From Fidelibacterota bacterium (GTDB taxonomy: Bacteria; Fidelibacterota; Marinisomatia; Marinisomatales; UBA2128): a DNA stretch of 12,781 nucleotides. Below are positions 1 to 8,699 of the stretch, piece by piece. The notes beneath the pieces are model-generated. The model was given only the letters and a program-made list of their open reading frames with translations, was not told the DNA's origin and did no database searches. Numbering within the stretch: the first letter of the stretch is position 1; each line of letters starts with the position of its first letter. The stretch spans positions 1 to 12,781 of the forward strand of contig JBHHUM010000061.1 in NCBI GenBank assembly GCA_046861645.1, read 5' to 3'. The position numbers and the translations under genes are program-made.

Positions 1-2
1 GA

Positions 3-1901
3 GAGTATCCCGTTTATCGTGTTCCGATGCAACAGTGGATGCTCAAGATTACTGATTTTGCTGACAGTTTACTTGAAGGATTAGATGATCTTGATTGGCC
101 AGAAAGCGTCAAAGAATTGCAACGTAACTGGATAGGACGTTCCGAAGGCGCTAATGTCAAGTTTCCATTACCTTTGATTGATGAAGAAGTTACTGTGTTT
201 ACTACCCGTCCTGATACTCTTTTCGGAGTTACATATATGGTCCTTGCTCCAGAACATCCTTGGGTTCCAAGACTTACCTCACCTGAAAAATCTAAGCAAG
301 TTACTGATTATATTGAAAAAGCCTCTCGGAAATCTGATCTGGATCGAATTGAATTAGCCAAAGAGAAAAGTGGTGTCTTCTTAGGTACTTATGCCATTAA
401 TCCAGTAAATGAAAGAGAAATCCCTATCTGGATCTCTGACTATGTTATGATGAGTTACGGTACAGGAGCAATTATGGCTGTTCCAGGACATGATCAGCGT
501 GACTGGGAATTCGCCCATACTTTTGGTTTGCCCATTGTCGAGGTTGTTGCAGGTGGTCATATCGAAAAGGAAGCTTTCGAAGATAGTATTGAAGGTAAAA
601 TGATTAATTCTACCACTCCTGATGGTCATTTTTCTTTAAATGGACTTTCGGTTCCGGAGGCTATTCAGAAAATGATTGATTGGTTGGAGAGGAATAAAAA
701 GGGTAAGAGTGCGATAAATTACAAGCTACGTGATTGGTTATTTTCCCGTCAACGGTATTGGGGGGAGCCTATTCCCATATTATATGATCCTGATAATGGT
801 ACTATCCCTGTGAGTGAGGAGGAATTACCGGTTATTCTTCCTGAAGTGGAAAGTTATCAACCTTCAGGATCAGGCGAATCACCTCTGGCTAATGTACAGT
901 CCTGGGTAAAAGTAAGTAAGAATGGAAAGATCTTTCGTCGAGAAACAAATACTATGCCGCAATGGGCTGGTTCTTGCTGGTACTATCTTCGATTTGTTGA
1001 TCCTAATAATGAAGATGTACCCTGGTCAAGGGAAAAGGAACAATACTGGATGCCAGTTGATCTATACATTGGTGGTCAAGAACATGCTGTTCTGCATCTT
1101 CTTTATGCTCGATTCTGGCATCATGTTCTTTATGATTTAGGTTTTGTTTCCACTAAAGAGCCTTTTCAACGTCTGTTTAATCAAGGAATGATTCAAGGTG
1201 AAGATGGCTCAAAAATGAGCAAATCTCGTGGTAATGTGATAAACCCTGATGAGATCGTTAATACCACTGGTGCTGATTCTCTTCGATTGTTCGAAATGTT
1301 TATGGGGCCTCTGGAAAAAGCTAAGCCCTGGAGTACTACGGGGCTGCAGGGCAGTCACCGCTTCCTTAAACGTTTGTGGAGAATGTACGATAGCGAAAAT
1401 GGTGGGATTCAGATAAAGGATATCGATCCTGAGGAAGATTATAAACTCTATAAATTATTACATCAAACCATCATGAAAGTGACCGTTGATATTGAAAACC
1501 TTAGATTTAACACGGCCATATCAGCTTTGATGACTTTAGGAAATAAAATGAAATCAAGGCTTTCCATAGCGAGGGAAACAGCAGAAATATTTATTTTATT
1601 GTTGAGTCCGTTTGTACCACATATTGCTGAGGAAATCTGGCATCGTCTCGGTCATGAAAAAAGTATTACCTATGAACCATGGCCTGGCTATGATGAAATA
1701 TTGGCTATGGAAGATCTTGTTAATATAGCTGTACAAGTAAATGGAAAATTACGTGGAGAGTTTCAAATAGAAAATGAATCAGATGAAGAATCTTTAGAGA
1801 AAATGGCTAAAGATTTACCTGAAATACAAAAATGGATTAATGGTAAAGAAATTCAAAAAGTTATTATTGTACCTAATAGACTGGTTAATATAGTTGTATA
1901 A
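3..1901 (+). CDS. leuS: Leucyl-tRNA synthetase, 5'-truncated by the window edge
   Basis: The frame is open from position 3 (EYPVYRVP) into the ORF at 27. It has the CP1 editing motifs TTRPDT and GTGAIMAVPGHDQRD, plus LRDWLFSRQRYWGEPIP, YIGGQEHAVLHLLYARF, the class I KMSKS (1212-1226) and a C-terminal VQVNGKLR...LVNIVV. Confidence 0.98.
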   Translation, partial: EYPVYRVPMQQWMLKITDFADSLLEGLDDLDWPESVKELQRNWIGRSEGANVKFPLPLIDEEVTVFTTRPDTLFGVTYMVLAPEHPWVPRLTSPEKSKQVTDYIEKASRKSDLDRIELAKEKSGVFLGTYAINPVNEREIPIWISDYVMMSYGTGAIMAVPGHDQRDWEFAHTFGLPIVEVVAGGHIEKEAFEDSIEGKMINSTTPDGHFSLNGLSVPEAIQKMIDWLERNKKGKSAINYKLRDWLFSRQRYWGEPIPILYDPDNGTIPVSEEELPVILPEVESYQPSGSGESPLANVQSWVKVSKNGKIFRRETNTMPQWAGSCWYYLRFVDPNNEDVPWSREKEQYWMPVDLYIGGQEHAVLHLLYARFWHHVLYDLGFVSTKEPFQRLFNQGMIQGEDGSKMSKSRGNVINPDEIVNTTGADSLRLFEMFMGPLEKAKPWSTTGLQGSHRFLKRLWRMYDSENGGIQIKDIDPEEDYKLYKLLHQTIMKVTVDIENLRFNTAISALMTLGNKMKSRLSIARETAEIFILLLSPFVPHIAEEIWHRLGHEKSITYEPWPGYDEILAMEDLVNIAVQVNGKLRGEFQIENESDEESLEKMAKDLPEIQKWINGKEIQKVIIVPNRLVNIVV

Positions 1902-1980
1902 AATGCATTACAGATAATTCTTACTAAAGGAGACATAATATATATTATCAGCAATAAAAGATCTGATTCTCATCCTATAT

Positions 1981-2973
1981 TCAGTTATTAACAAAATCCT
2001 TAAACCTCATCAGGCTCTCTTTCTCTCCCAGTAGAAGTAATGTATTGTCCTGTGACATCTTAAAATCTGGATCAGGATTTAATTTGGTTTTTCCTTGACT
2101 ATCAATAATTCCAACAATAAGTAACTGATAGTTTTCTCTGATATTGGAATCACGAATAGTGATTCCATGAAATTGATCTATTGTTTTAAGGTTGATTTCT
2201 TCAATGACAAGATCAATATTATGATCAGGTGCTGTGATCTCTACAGTATCTTCAACATAAGGAGATATTAACAATTCAGCCATTTTATGACCTCCAGCCA
2301 CATAGGGATTTATCACCTTATTAGCACCTGCTCTTTTCATTTTAGAAACATTTTGATCAAGGCTGCATCTACTCGTGATGAACAAATCTGAATTTAAGGT
2401 TCTAGCCGACATGGTCACAAAAAGGTTATCAGAATCATTGCTAAGCACTGCAACTAAACCTTGAGCCCTGTCAATACTGGCCTTTGCTAGAGTTTCATCT
2501 GCAGTAGCATCACCTTTAACATAAATATAACCGAGTTCAGTTAGAGTTGAGACTTTCTCCTCACTGTTTTCTATGACTAAAAAAGTCAATTTTTGACGCT
2601 GTAGCTCTTCACAAATTACTTTGCCCATACGCCCATAACCGCATACGATAAAGTGTTTTTTTAATTTGGATGCTCTTTTTACCATTCGATTTCTCCTGAG
2701 AAGGTTAAGATTTAGAATGACTTCAGTAGCCTGGCTGAATGCGTAAAAAACGATGCCAATTCCAAAAGATATGATTATTACTGTCCAGACCTTGGCTTCA
2801 GGTGTTAGATCTCGTACTTCGTCAAAACCTACAGTTGACAGAGTAATTACCGCCATATAGAGACTGTCTAAAATGGACCAGTCCTCCCCACCTAATAATT
2901 TGTAACCGCTTGCACCAATTACTACTACACCAATAAAAATTAGAAAGATTCGAGCTATACGAGAAAAAGCCAT
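1981..2973 (-). CDS. 2-TM potassium channel with RCK (TrkA-N/TrkA-C) domains, MthK/Kch-like
   Basis: Two hydrophobic helices flank the pore segment YMAVITLSTVGFDEV. These are followed by a Rossmann GYGRMG motif, GDAT, and AGANKVINPY, typical of TrkA-N, then a TrkA-C-like tail. The start overlaps the upstream stop (TAATG at 2973). Confidence 0.92.
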   Translation of the reverse strand: MAFSRIARIFLIFIGVVVIGASGYKLLGGEDWSILDSLYMAVITLSTVGFDEVRDLTPEAKVWTVIIISFGIGIVFYAFSQATEVILNLNLLRRNRMVKRASKLKKHFIVCGYGRMGKVICEELQRQKLTFLVIENSEEKVSTLTELGYIYVKGDATADETLAKASIDRAQGLVAVLSNDSDNLFVTMSARTLNSDLFITSRCSLDQNVSKMKRAGANKVINPYVAGGHKMAELLISPYVEDTVEITAPDHNIDLVIEEINLKTIDQFHGITIRDSNIRENYQLLIVGIIDSQGKTKLNPDPDFKMSQDNTLLLLGEKESLMRFKDFVNN

Positions 2974-3728
2974 TAAATAATAATCTCCATTCCGTCAAAG
3001 GCGATATCCACCCGGCCATCGTAAGACTTTCTAATCGAAGAAATGATATCTTCATTTAATACATCGGGATATAAATGTGTAAGTACCAGCCGACCACACT
3101 GTGTTTCGTACGCTATTTGACCACATTCAACCGGGGTTAAATGTCCAGACTTTTTCTCTTGATCAGGGAACGAACATTCCAAGATCAGGACATCAACTCC
3201 TTTGGCGCTATCAATAAGAATTTTACAGTAATCAGTATCTCCGGAATAAAATATCTCTTTTCCATTACTATCCATAAAGCGATATGTGATACTATGTTGT
3301 GTGTGTTCTGTATGATCACATGTAAAGCTTATATCACCGATTTCAGCAGTTCCTTTTGTTAACTCTTCTATATTGAGTTTAACGTCTTCAGACAATGTCC
3401 ACTCACCATAAATATCCATCAAACGATCAAAATAGCTAATAAAACCTACAGGTGCCACAATTTGAAGCAGTTTACCATTAACTACTCTTGGATCGTGTTT
3501 TAAAGCGAATAAAAAAGGGATCAGGTCCATGGTGTGATCAGGATGCAGATGAGAATAACAGATACCATTGATTTCGAGATAATTCAGACCAAAATCTGAT
3601 ATTTTGCGTAATGCCCCTGAACCACCATCAATTAGAATGTTGGTAGTACCACTTTGCAGGAAATAGCCACTGTTGCCCCGCTTTGGGAATGGAATAAGTG
3701 TTCCGCTACCTAAGACTGTAAGCTTCAT
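2973..3728 (-). CDS. Metallo-beta-lactamase-fold hydrolase, RNase Z/BN-like
   Basis: N-terminal LTVLGSG, LIDGG, HxHxDH (SHLHPDH), YSGDT, LILECSF, GH and LTHLYP motifs. Substrate cannot be determined from sequence. Confidence 0.9.
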   Translation of the reverse strand: MKLTVLGSGTLIPFPKRGNSGYFLQSGTTNILIDGGSGALRKISDFGLNYLEINGICYSHLHPDHTMDLIPFLFALKHDPRVVNGKLLQIVAPVGFISYFDRLMDIYGEWTLSEDVKLNIEELTKGTAEIGDISFTCDHTEHTQHSITYRFMDSNGKEIFYSGDTDYCKILIDSAKGVDVLILECSFPDQEKKSGHLTPVECGQIAYETQCGRLVLTHLYPDVLNEDIISSIRKSYDGRVDIAFDGMEIII

Positions 3729-3774
3729 GATACAATTTAGCTATCAGGAAGATAAAACGGAATCTCTTGAATTT

Positions 3775-5499
3775 TCAGTTAGATTTAGAAGTAGCAACTG
3801 GTTGATTTACTACCATTGATAGACCTGCGGCAATAACGGCAGTGATGGCCAATGATGTAGGAAAAGATATCATTTTAATCGAAAACATCATCATCAGATA
3901 CCATATTACTGCCAGACCATTGCGGAGTACTACAAACCCAAAGAAGTAACAAAGCAAATAAACAATAACACCACCAATCAGGAAAAGAAGCACATCCTTT
4001 ATTTTATTAAGCTGCCCACTTCTTCCCCGGATTAATAACCATACTGGAGTGGGTAAAAGAAATAATAGTGAAAAGGGATTTACAAGTAAAATGTAAATCA
4101 TTGCTAACCCAGTCATTAGAAAAGCGATACATTTCCTCGCCATAAATGTTATTGACAAATTTTTTGGTAATATTGATCGTAAATATTTTCTTGAGATAAA
4201 AAAGAGTACAAACAAAGAAAATAACCAAAGTAGAACCGCTCCCCACTTTGGTTCAAAAAGAGGTTCATCCTTGGCGGTAGCAGGATATAGATAATATTTA
4301 TCCATTAGTCCGATTTCTACAAAAAGATAAAGTAGCAAGATAGAAGCTATAAGTGGAATCCACAGGGAAAGGAAGTGTTGTAAGGCTTGTCTCCAAGCTT
4401 TTTTATTTCGATTAATCTTTTGAAATGCAAGCAGACTAACTGCCATGAAAAGTACAATAAATAGTATAAAAATGCTCCATAAGGGTATTTCCCTAAGTAC
4501 CAATTGTTTATTTGGGAAGTAAATGTATGGTCCTTTTTCTTTTGGGAAGTCATCCATAGTAAGCAGTTTTTTTGCGAGTCCTTCTACAACTTGACCAGCG
4601 TGTTGTAGAGTTATAGATGACTGTAATCCAATTGTATCATGCAGAGTATGATAAGTGTTCCAATGAGTATCAATTTCCTGAAAGGGTACAATTCCTGTTA
4701 GGCCGAAAGATGGTATTCTTTTTGCTACAAATGGACCTTCATCCATAAAAGATACCGGCACTGCTTGAAAAAGAACCTGTTCTAAAGGTGAGCTTATTTG
4801 TGGTACCCAGAGATTTTCAGCATTTAAAGCTACTTTTTGAGTCAACAATTGTAACCAGAGATCTCCATAGTTTCTGAACTGACCGCGGGCATCCATCATT
4901 AGGCCATTATATATTTTTTTTCCCAAGTTATCCAAGGATATAGCCGCGATAATTCTCTCAATGTCCGGATGTGTTTCTACGTAGTGGAGACTACCTAACA
5001 TACCATACTCTTCCCCATCGGAAGAAAGAAAGACCATAGTATATTTCCTTTCTTCTATCCTGCTGAATATTTGAGCGAGATGAAGGAGGATAGCGATACC
5101 TGAACCGTCATTATCTGCACCCTCATAAGTATCTGGTGACTGATCATGGTGAGCGACTATGATAATTTCTTCAGTCGAGTTTCCAGGAAGAGTGGCAATA
5201 ACGTTATTCAGGAAAAGAGGTTTACTATAGTTCATTACTGTCCATTCATCTATTTTAGTAATCATACCCAAGTTTGAAAATATCTCCTGTAACCATCGTA
5301 CCGCTTTCCGGTTATTGGGTGTTCCACTCGAGCGTAAAGGAAATAATTTGACAAATTCTGCTTCTAAAGCAAGAGCACTATCCCCAGAAAATTGATATTT
5401 CAAAGGTGAATATTCAACATCTAATGGAGGAACTTCTTTACAAGAAGAACATAGTCCCCAACTTAAAAGGATTAACACACTGTATTTAAAGAATCTCAT
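3775..5499 (-). CDS. M28-family zinc peptidase with an N-terminal signal/possible lipobox and a multi-TM C-terminal region
   Basis: RSSGT, NVIATLPG, AHHD, GADNDGSG, DGEEYG, SLDNLG and YHTLHDT motifs. The C-terminal ~240 aa contains many hydrophobic segments. The N-terminus MRFFKYSVLILLSWGLCSSC resembles a signal peptide. Confidence 0.85.
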   Translation of the reverse strand: MRFFKYSVLILLSWGLCSSCKEVPPLDVEYSPLKYQFSGDSALALEAEFVKLFPLRSSGTPNNRKAVRWLQEIFSNLGMITKIDEWTVMNYSKPLFLNNVIATLPGNSTEEIIIVAHHDQSPDTYEGADNDGSGIAILLHLAQIFSRIEERKYTMVFLSSDGEEYGMLGSLHYVETHPDIERIIAAISLDNLGKKIYNGLMMDARGQFRNYGDLWLQLLTQKVALNAENLWVPQISSPLEQVLFQAVPVSFMDEGPFVAKRIPSFGLTGIVPFQEIDTHWNTYHTLHDTIGLQSSITLQHAGQVVEGLAKKLLTMDDFPKEKGPYIYFPNKQLVLREIPLWSIFILFIVLFMAVSLLAFQKINRNKKAWRQALQHFLSLWIPLIASILLLYLFVEIGLMDKYYLYPATAKDEPLFEPKWGAVLLWLFSLFVLFFISRKYLRSILPKNLSITFMARKCIAFLMTGLAMIYILLVNPFSLLFLLPTPVWLLIRGRSGQLNKIKDVLLFLIGGVIVYLLCYFFGFVVLRNGLAVIWYLMMMFSIKMISFPTSLAITAVIAAGLSMVVNQPVATSKSN

Positions 5500-5531
5500 G
5501 AAAGTATCGACCGGGTAAGATATTATTAAAT

Positions 5532-6194
5532 CTAATGCTTATCTGGAAATAGGACCTCTTCAGTATCATTTGAGGGAGAATTGATCAGTTTTGATACTCT
5601 GCTAGCTTTCAAATTGACGGTTTTATTAGACTTTAACAACTCGATAACTTTAGTTAATGGAAGATCTCCTATCCAGTATTTTTCATCAACTGGGGTAAGT
5701 ATGGCTGGCATACGATCATGAATTTCTCTGATCGAATTACTAGCGGGTACCGTTATTATTGCAAAGGATTTTATTTCTCTTCCATCTTGTGCTTGCCATG
5801 TTTCCCAGATTCCAGCGAAGGCAAAAAGGCTACCATCTTTTAATGTAATTCTGAAGGGAATTTTACCTTCTTCTGTTGTCTTCCATTCATAATAACCATC
5901 AGCTATTACCAGACACCTCCGTTTATTAATGGCGTACTTGAATGAGGACTTTTCGGTTATTGTTTCTGCACGGGCATTTATCAGTCTGTTCCCTATTTTC
6001 TCTTCTTTAGCCCAGAATGGTATTAGTCCCCACTTGAAGTACTGGACGTTTTTTTTATCCGAGTTTGTAATAACTGGCAACAATTGGGAAGGTGCTGCAT
6101 TATATCGCTTTTTGTACTGACCTTTGACTACTTTCGCTCCAAAACGTTTTTCCAATTCGTCAGAATCCGATATTACTGAAAATCTACCGCACAT
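5532..6194 (-). CDS. SOS response-associated peptidase (SRAP; YedK/HMCES family abasic-site protein)
   Basis: N-terminal MCGRF (catalytic Cys2), YNAAPSQ, WGLIPFW, INARAET, RRCLVIADGYYEW and IHDRMPAIL. Starts 3 nt after the umuC stop. Confidence 0.96.
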   Translation of the reverse strand: MCGRFSVISDSDELEKRFGAKVVKGQYKKRYNAAPSQLLPVITNSDKKNVQYFKWGLIPFWAKEEKIGNRLINARAETITEKSSFKYAINKRRCLVIADGYYEWKTTEEGKIPFRITLKDGSLFAFAGIWETWQAQDGREIKSFAIITVPASNSIREIHDRMPAILTPVDEKYWIGDLPLTKVIELLKSNKTVNLKASRVSKLINSPSNDTEEVLFPDKH

Positions 6195-6197
6195 TGT

Positions 6198-7460
6198 CTA
6201 TCCTGCCTTGATGGTTAACAGGCTATTCCACCTCGTGGTATAACAAGGAGATAGCTGTTCCTGCCGAAGCTTCCATTTCCTGTCGAATCCCTGGACAGCA
6301 TACCTGACAATGTCTCTTCCCATGGAACGGTTGATGGTGTCCATGGCTTTTGCAATGCGTTGATCTTTCTCCCGGTCCATAATATCAAATAGACCTTGCT
6401 GAACCTGATTTTCCGGTACGATGCCTGTCACAATCACTCCTGCCTTCTTGTATTTATAGCCCGACCTGTAAATAGCTTCTAATCCTCTGATTGACTGTTT
6501 GATCAACTCGGCGGTGCTGTTACTGGGGACAGACAGTTTCATCACTTTGTAATTGTTGTACTGGGGAAGCTCTGGCTTAAACCTGTTTGAGTTTATGAAT
6601 ACTGTCAGGATACCCGCACAAGATTTTTGTTGGCGGAGTTTTTCTGCGCACCGTGTAGCGTACATGGCCACAGATTCCCGAAGTTGAGCAATGTCCTCCA
6701 CCATAATACCAAAAGAACGTGAGGTGCAAATAGCTTTCTTGTTCGGTCGCACTGTTTCTAAAGGTAAACAGGATATACCTTTAAGCTCCCGAATCATGCG
6801 CACACCTACGACGGTCAGATGTCTTTTTACCCACTCCTCGTTTGCATTTCTGAATTCAAGAGCGGTATTAATGTTGTACGATTTTAAGAACAAAGCATAT
6901 CGTCTACCGATACCCCAGATGTTTGCAACAGGAAAGTTCTTTAAGGTTTCCTCAATTTGGTCATTATCCAGTATAAATACACTAACACCTTTCTTATGTC
7001 TTTTAGCGATATAATTAGCTACCTTAGACAGTGTTTTCGTGGAAGCAATTCCCATAGAGATGGGAATGCCGGTATAACGCATCACTGTATGTCTGATTTT
7101 CTGCCCATATTGATACAGGTCGATATGACCTAATTCAGACAGATCCAAAAAAGCTTCATCAATGGAATATATTTCCATCTCTGGAGTAAGCGGTTCCAAG
7201 GTATTCATCACCCGTTGTGACATATCGCCGTAAAGAGCAAAATTAGAGGAGAAAACGGCAACCTTATTGCTCCTCAAGAATTCCTTTATCTTGAATGCCG
7301 GCTCGCCCATCTTAATACCCAGCATTTTGGCTTCGTCAGACCGGGCGATAACACAGCCATCGTTATTCGACAAAACAATTACCGGCTTATCACGCAATTG
7401 GGGGGAAAACACGCGCTCACAGGAAGCGTAGAAGTTATTGCAGTCTACGAGGGCAAACAT
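6198..7460 (-). CDS. umuC: Y-family DNA polymerase V catalytic subunit
   Basis: MFALVDCNNFYASCE, VLSNNDGCVIARS, SSNFALYGDMS, YSIDEAF, clamp-binding-like QQGLF and C-terminal LSPCYTTRW. Start set at ATG 7460 because homologues begin at MFALVD; the track start at 7499 adds 13 non-conserved residues. Confidence 0.95.
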   Translation of the reverse strand: MFALVDCNNFYASCERVFSPQLRDKPVIVLSNNDGCVIARSDEAKMLGIKMGEPAFKIKEFLRSNKVAVFSSNFALYGDMSQRVMNTLEPLTPEMEIYSIDEAFLDLSELGHIDLYQYGQKIRHTVMRYTGIPISMGIASTKTLSKVANYIAKRHKKGVSVFILDNDQIEETLKNFPVANIWGIGRRYALFLKSYNINTALEFRNANEEWVKRHLTVVGVRMIRELKGISCLPLETVRPNKKAICTSRSFGIMVEDIAQLRESVAMYATRCAEKLRQQKSCAGILTVFINSNRFKPELPQYNNYKVMKLSVPSNSTAELIKQSIRGLEAIYRSGYKYKKAGVIVTGIVPENQVQQGLFDIMDREKDQRIAKAMDTINRSMGRDIVRYAVQGFDRKWKLRQEQLSPCYTTRWNSLLTIKAG

Positions 7461-7525
7461 ACTAACCTGATTCAAACTTTTGAAAGAGTGCGAAGACATA
7501 AATGTCTGCGCTAAATGCTGGCAAC

Positions 7526-7548
7526 CCCGCTAAAGCGGGCTCTTTTTT
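7526..7548 (+). repeat. GC-TAAA-GC hairpin with T-tract (REP-like or antisense terminator) in the umuD-umuC spacer
   Basis: CCCGC-TAAA-GCGGG followed by CTCTTTTTT on the + strand. Shares its loop with hairpins at 8834-8847 and 8903-8920. Confidence 0.45.
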
Positions 7549-7596
7549 AATAATCGTTCTTTTGTCATTAAGCGTGGTCATTTATGGCCTCGCTTG

Positions 7597-8052
7597 CTAA
7601 TTAGGTTGATGAATGGTGTAAGTAACAACTCCCCAAGCCTGGAAATCCATACTTTTAGTAATTTTGATAGCCTGATAGTGTGGGTTCCCGGGTAGCAGAT
7701 AGATCTCTCCCTCTACTTTTTTGAATTTCTTCACGGTAAACTCGCCATTAACCACACATACGATCACATCATTACTTTTAGGTTCCAAGGCCCTATCGAC
7801 GATCAACAGATCTCCGTCATGAATACCAGCATCAATCATGGAATCTCCTTTTACCCGCACGTAAAATGTGGCCGCAGGATGCCTGATTAAATGTTTGTTT
7901 AAGTCCAGAGACAACTCCAGATAGTCATCAGCCGGCGACGGAAAACCGGCAGAAACCGAGGACAGGTATAAAGGAATCTGGGTATCGGGTGTCGTTGCTG
8001 AAGAATAGAAATCCAGTTTGCCGGTAGTATTTATCCTGTATAACTGGGTCAT
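7597..8052 (-). CDS. umuD: DNA polymerase V accessory subunit (S24 autopeptidase)
   Basis: VSAGFPSPADDY cleavage region, LDLNKHLIRHPAATFYVRVKGDSM (catalytic Ser), FTVK (catalytic Lys), WGVVTY. Lies immediately upstream of umuC. Confidence 0.95.
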   Translation of the reverse strand: MTQLYRINTTGKLDFYSSATTPDTQIPLYLSSVSAGFPSPADDYLELSLDLNKHLIRHPAATFYVRVKGDSMIDAGIHDGDLLIVDRALEPKSNDVIVCVVNGEFTVKKFKKVEGEIYLLPGNPHYQAIKITKSMDFQAWGVVTYTIHQPN

Positions 8053-8054
8053 AC

Positions 8055-8651
8055 CTAATATTTCCTGATGACTCCCAGCACAACGCCTCCAATTCTGAAG
8101 CTATCGTCCTGAGCTACATGAATAATATCATAGTCTGGATTTTGAGGATGGAGTTCGATACCCTCTTGGGTAGGGTAATATTTTTTTAATGTTGCCTCTT
8201 CATTGACGTACGCCACTACCATATCACCTGGAACTGCCATATCTGTTTTTCTAACAATAATAAAGTCACCATCCTCGATGCTTTCGCCCGTCATTGAATT
8301 GCCTTTTACCTGCAGTGCATAATGGGATGGATGAACGAATGATGACGGTACGTCAATCATTTCCTGGTTTTCAATGGCTTCCAGGGGACGACCGGCGGCG
8401 ATACGTCCTGCAAGTGGCAGTTGGTGATCAGGCTCTTCTTCCACGACCGTTAATGCCCGCTTACCATTAAATCCCTTTTCTTGCCGCAAGTAGCCATTAT
8501 TAATCAACTCGCGAACGTACCAGTTTACCGTGCCCAATGAACGAAATCCCAAACCCGCTTTAATTTCTTCAAAGGTCGGCGGCTGTCCACTGTTCCTGGT
8601 AAACTCCTGGATAAAATCCAAAAACCGTTTCTGCTTCCTGGATAGAATCAT
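8055..8651 (-). CDS. lexA: SOS transcriptional repressor LexA
   Basis: N-terminal winged HTH (LSRKQKRFLDFI...PPTFEEIK...GFRS), Ala-Gly cleavage site in GRIAAGRP, GNSM catalytic Ser and EATLKK catalytic Lys. RBS-like GGAGAG is upstream, and the stop is 2 nt from the umuD ATG. Confidence 0.95.
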   Translation of the reverse strand: MILSRKQKRFLDFIQEFTRNSGQPPTFEEIKAGLGFRSLGTVNWYVRELINNGYLRQEKGFNGKRALTVVEEEPDHQLPLAGRIAAGRPLEAIENQEMIDVPSSFVHPSHYALQVKGNSMTGESIEDGDFIIVRKTDMAVPGDMVVAYVNEEATLKKYYPTQEGIELHPQNPDYDIIHVAQDDSFRIGGVVLGVIRKY

Positions 8652-8666
8652 GAAGGTCTCTCCAAC

Positions 8667-8699
8667 GTTACTCGTATGTTACTCGTATGTATTTTACGA
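8667..8699 (-). promoter_or_regulatory. Candidate LexA operator and lexA -10 element
   Basis: Perfect tandem repeat GTTACTCGTAT x2 (8667-8677, 8678-8688), plus inverted repeat TCGTA-N7-TACGA (8683-8699). These overlap or abut a minus-strand TAAAAT -10-like hexamer (8696-8691) just upstream of the lexA RBS. Confidence 0.55.

Noticed and set aside
1902..1980. Terminator between convergent leuS and channel genes; orphan AAGGAG
   Set aside because: Only an AT palindrome (ATAATATATATTAT) with no GC stem, and the SD-like sequence has no start codon at a usable distance.
7461..7499. 13-aa N-terminal extension of UmuC
   Set aside because: Not conserved in UmuC proteins, and the ATG lies within a palindrome with no evident RBS.
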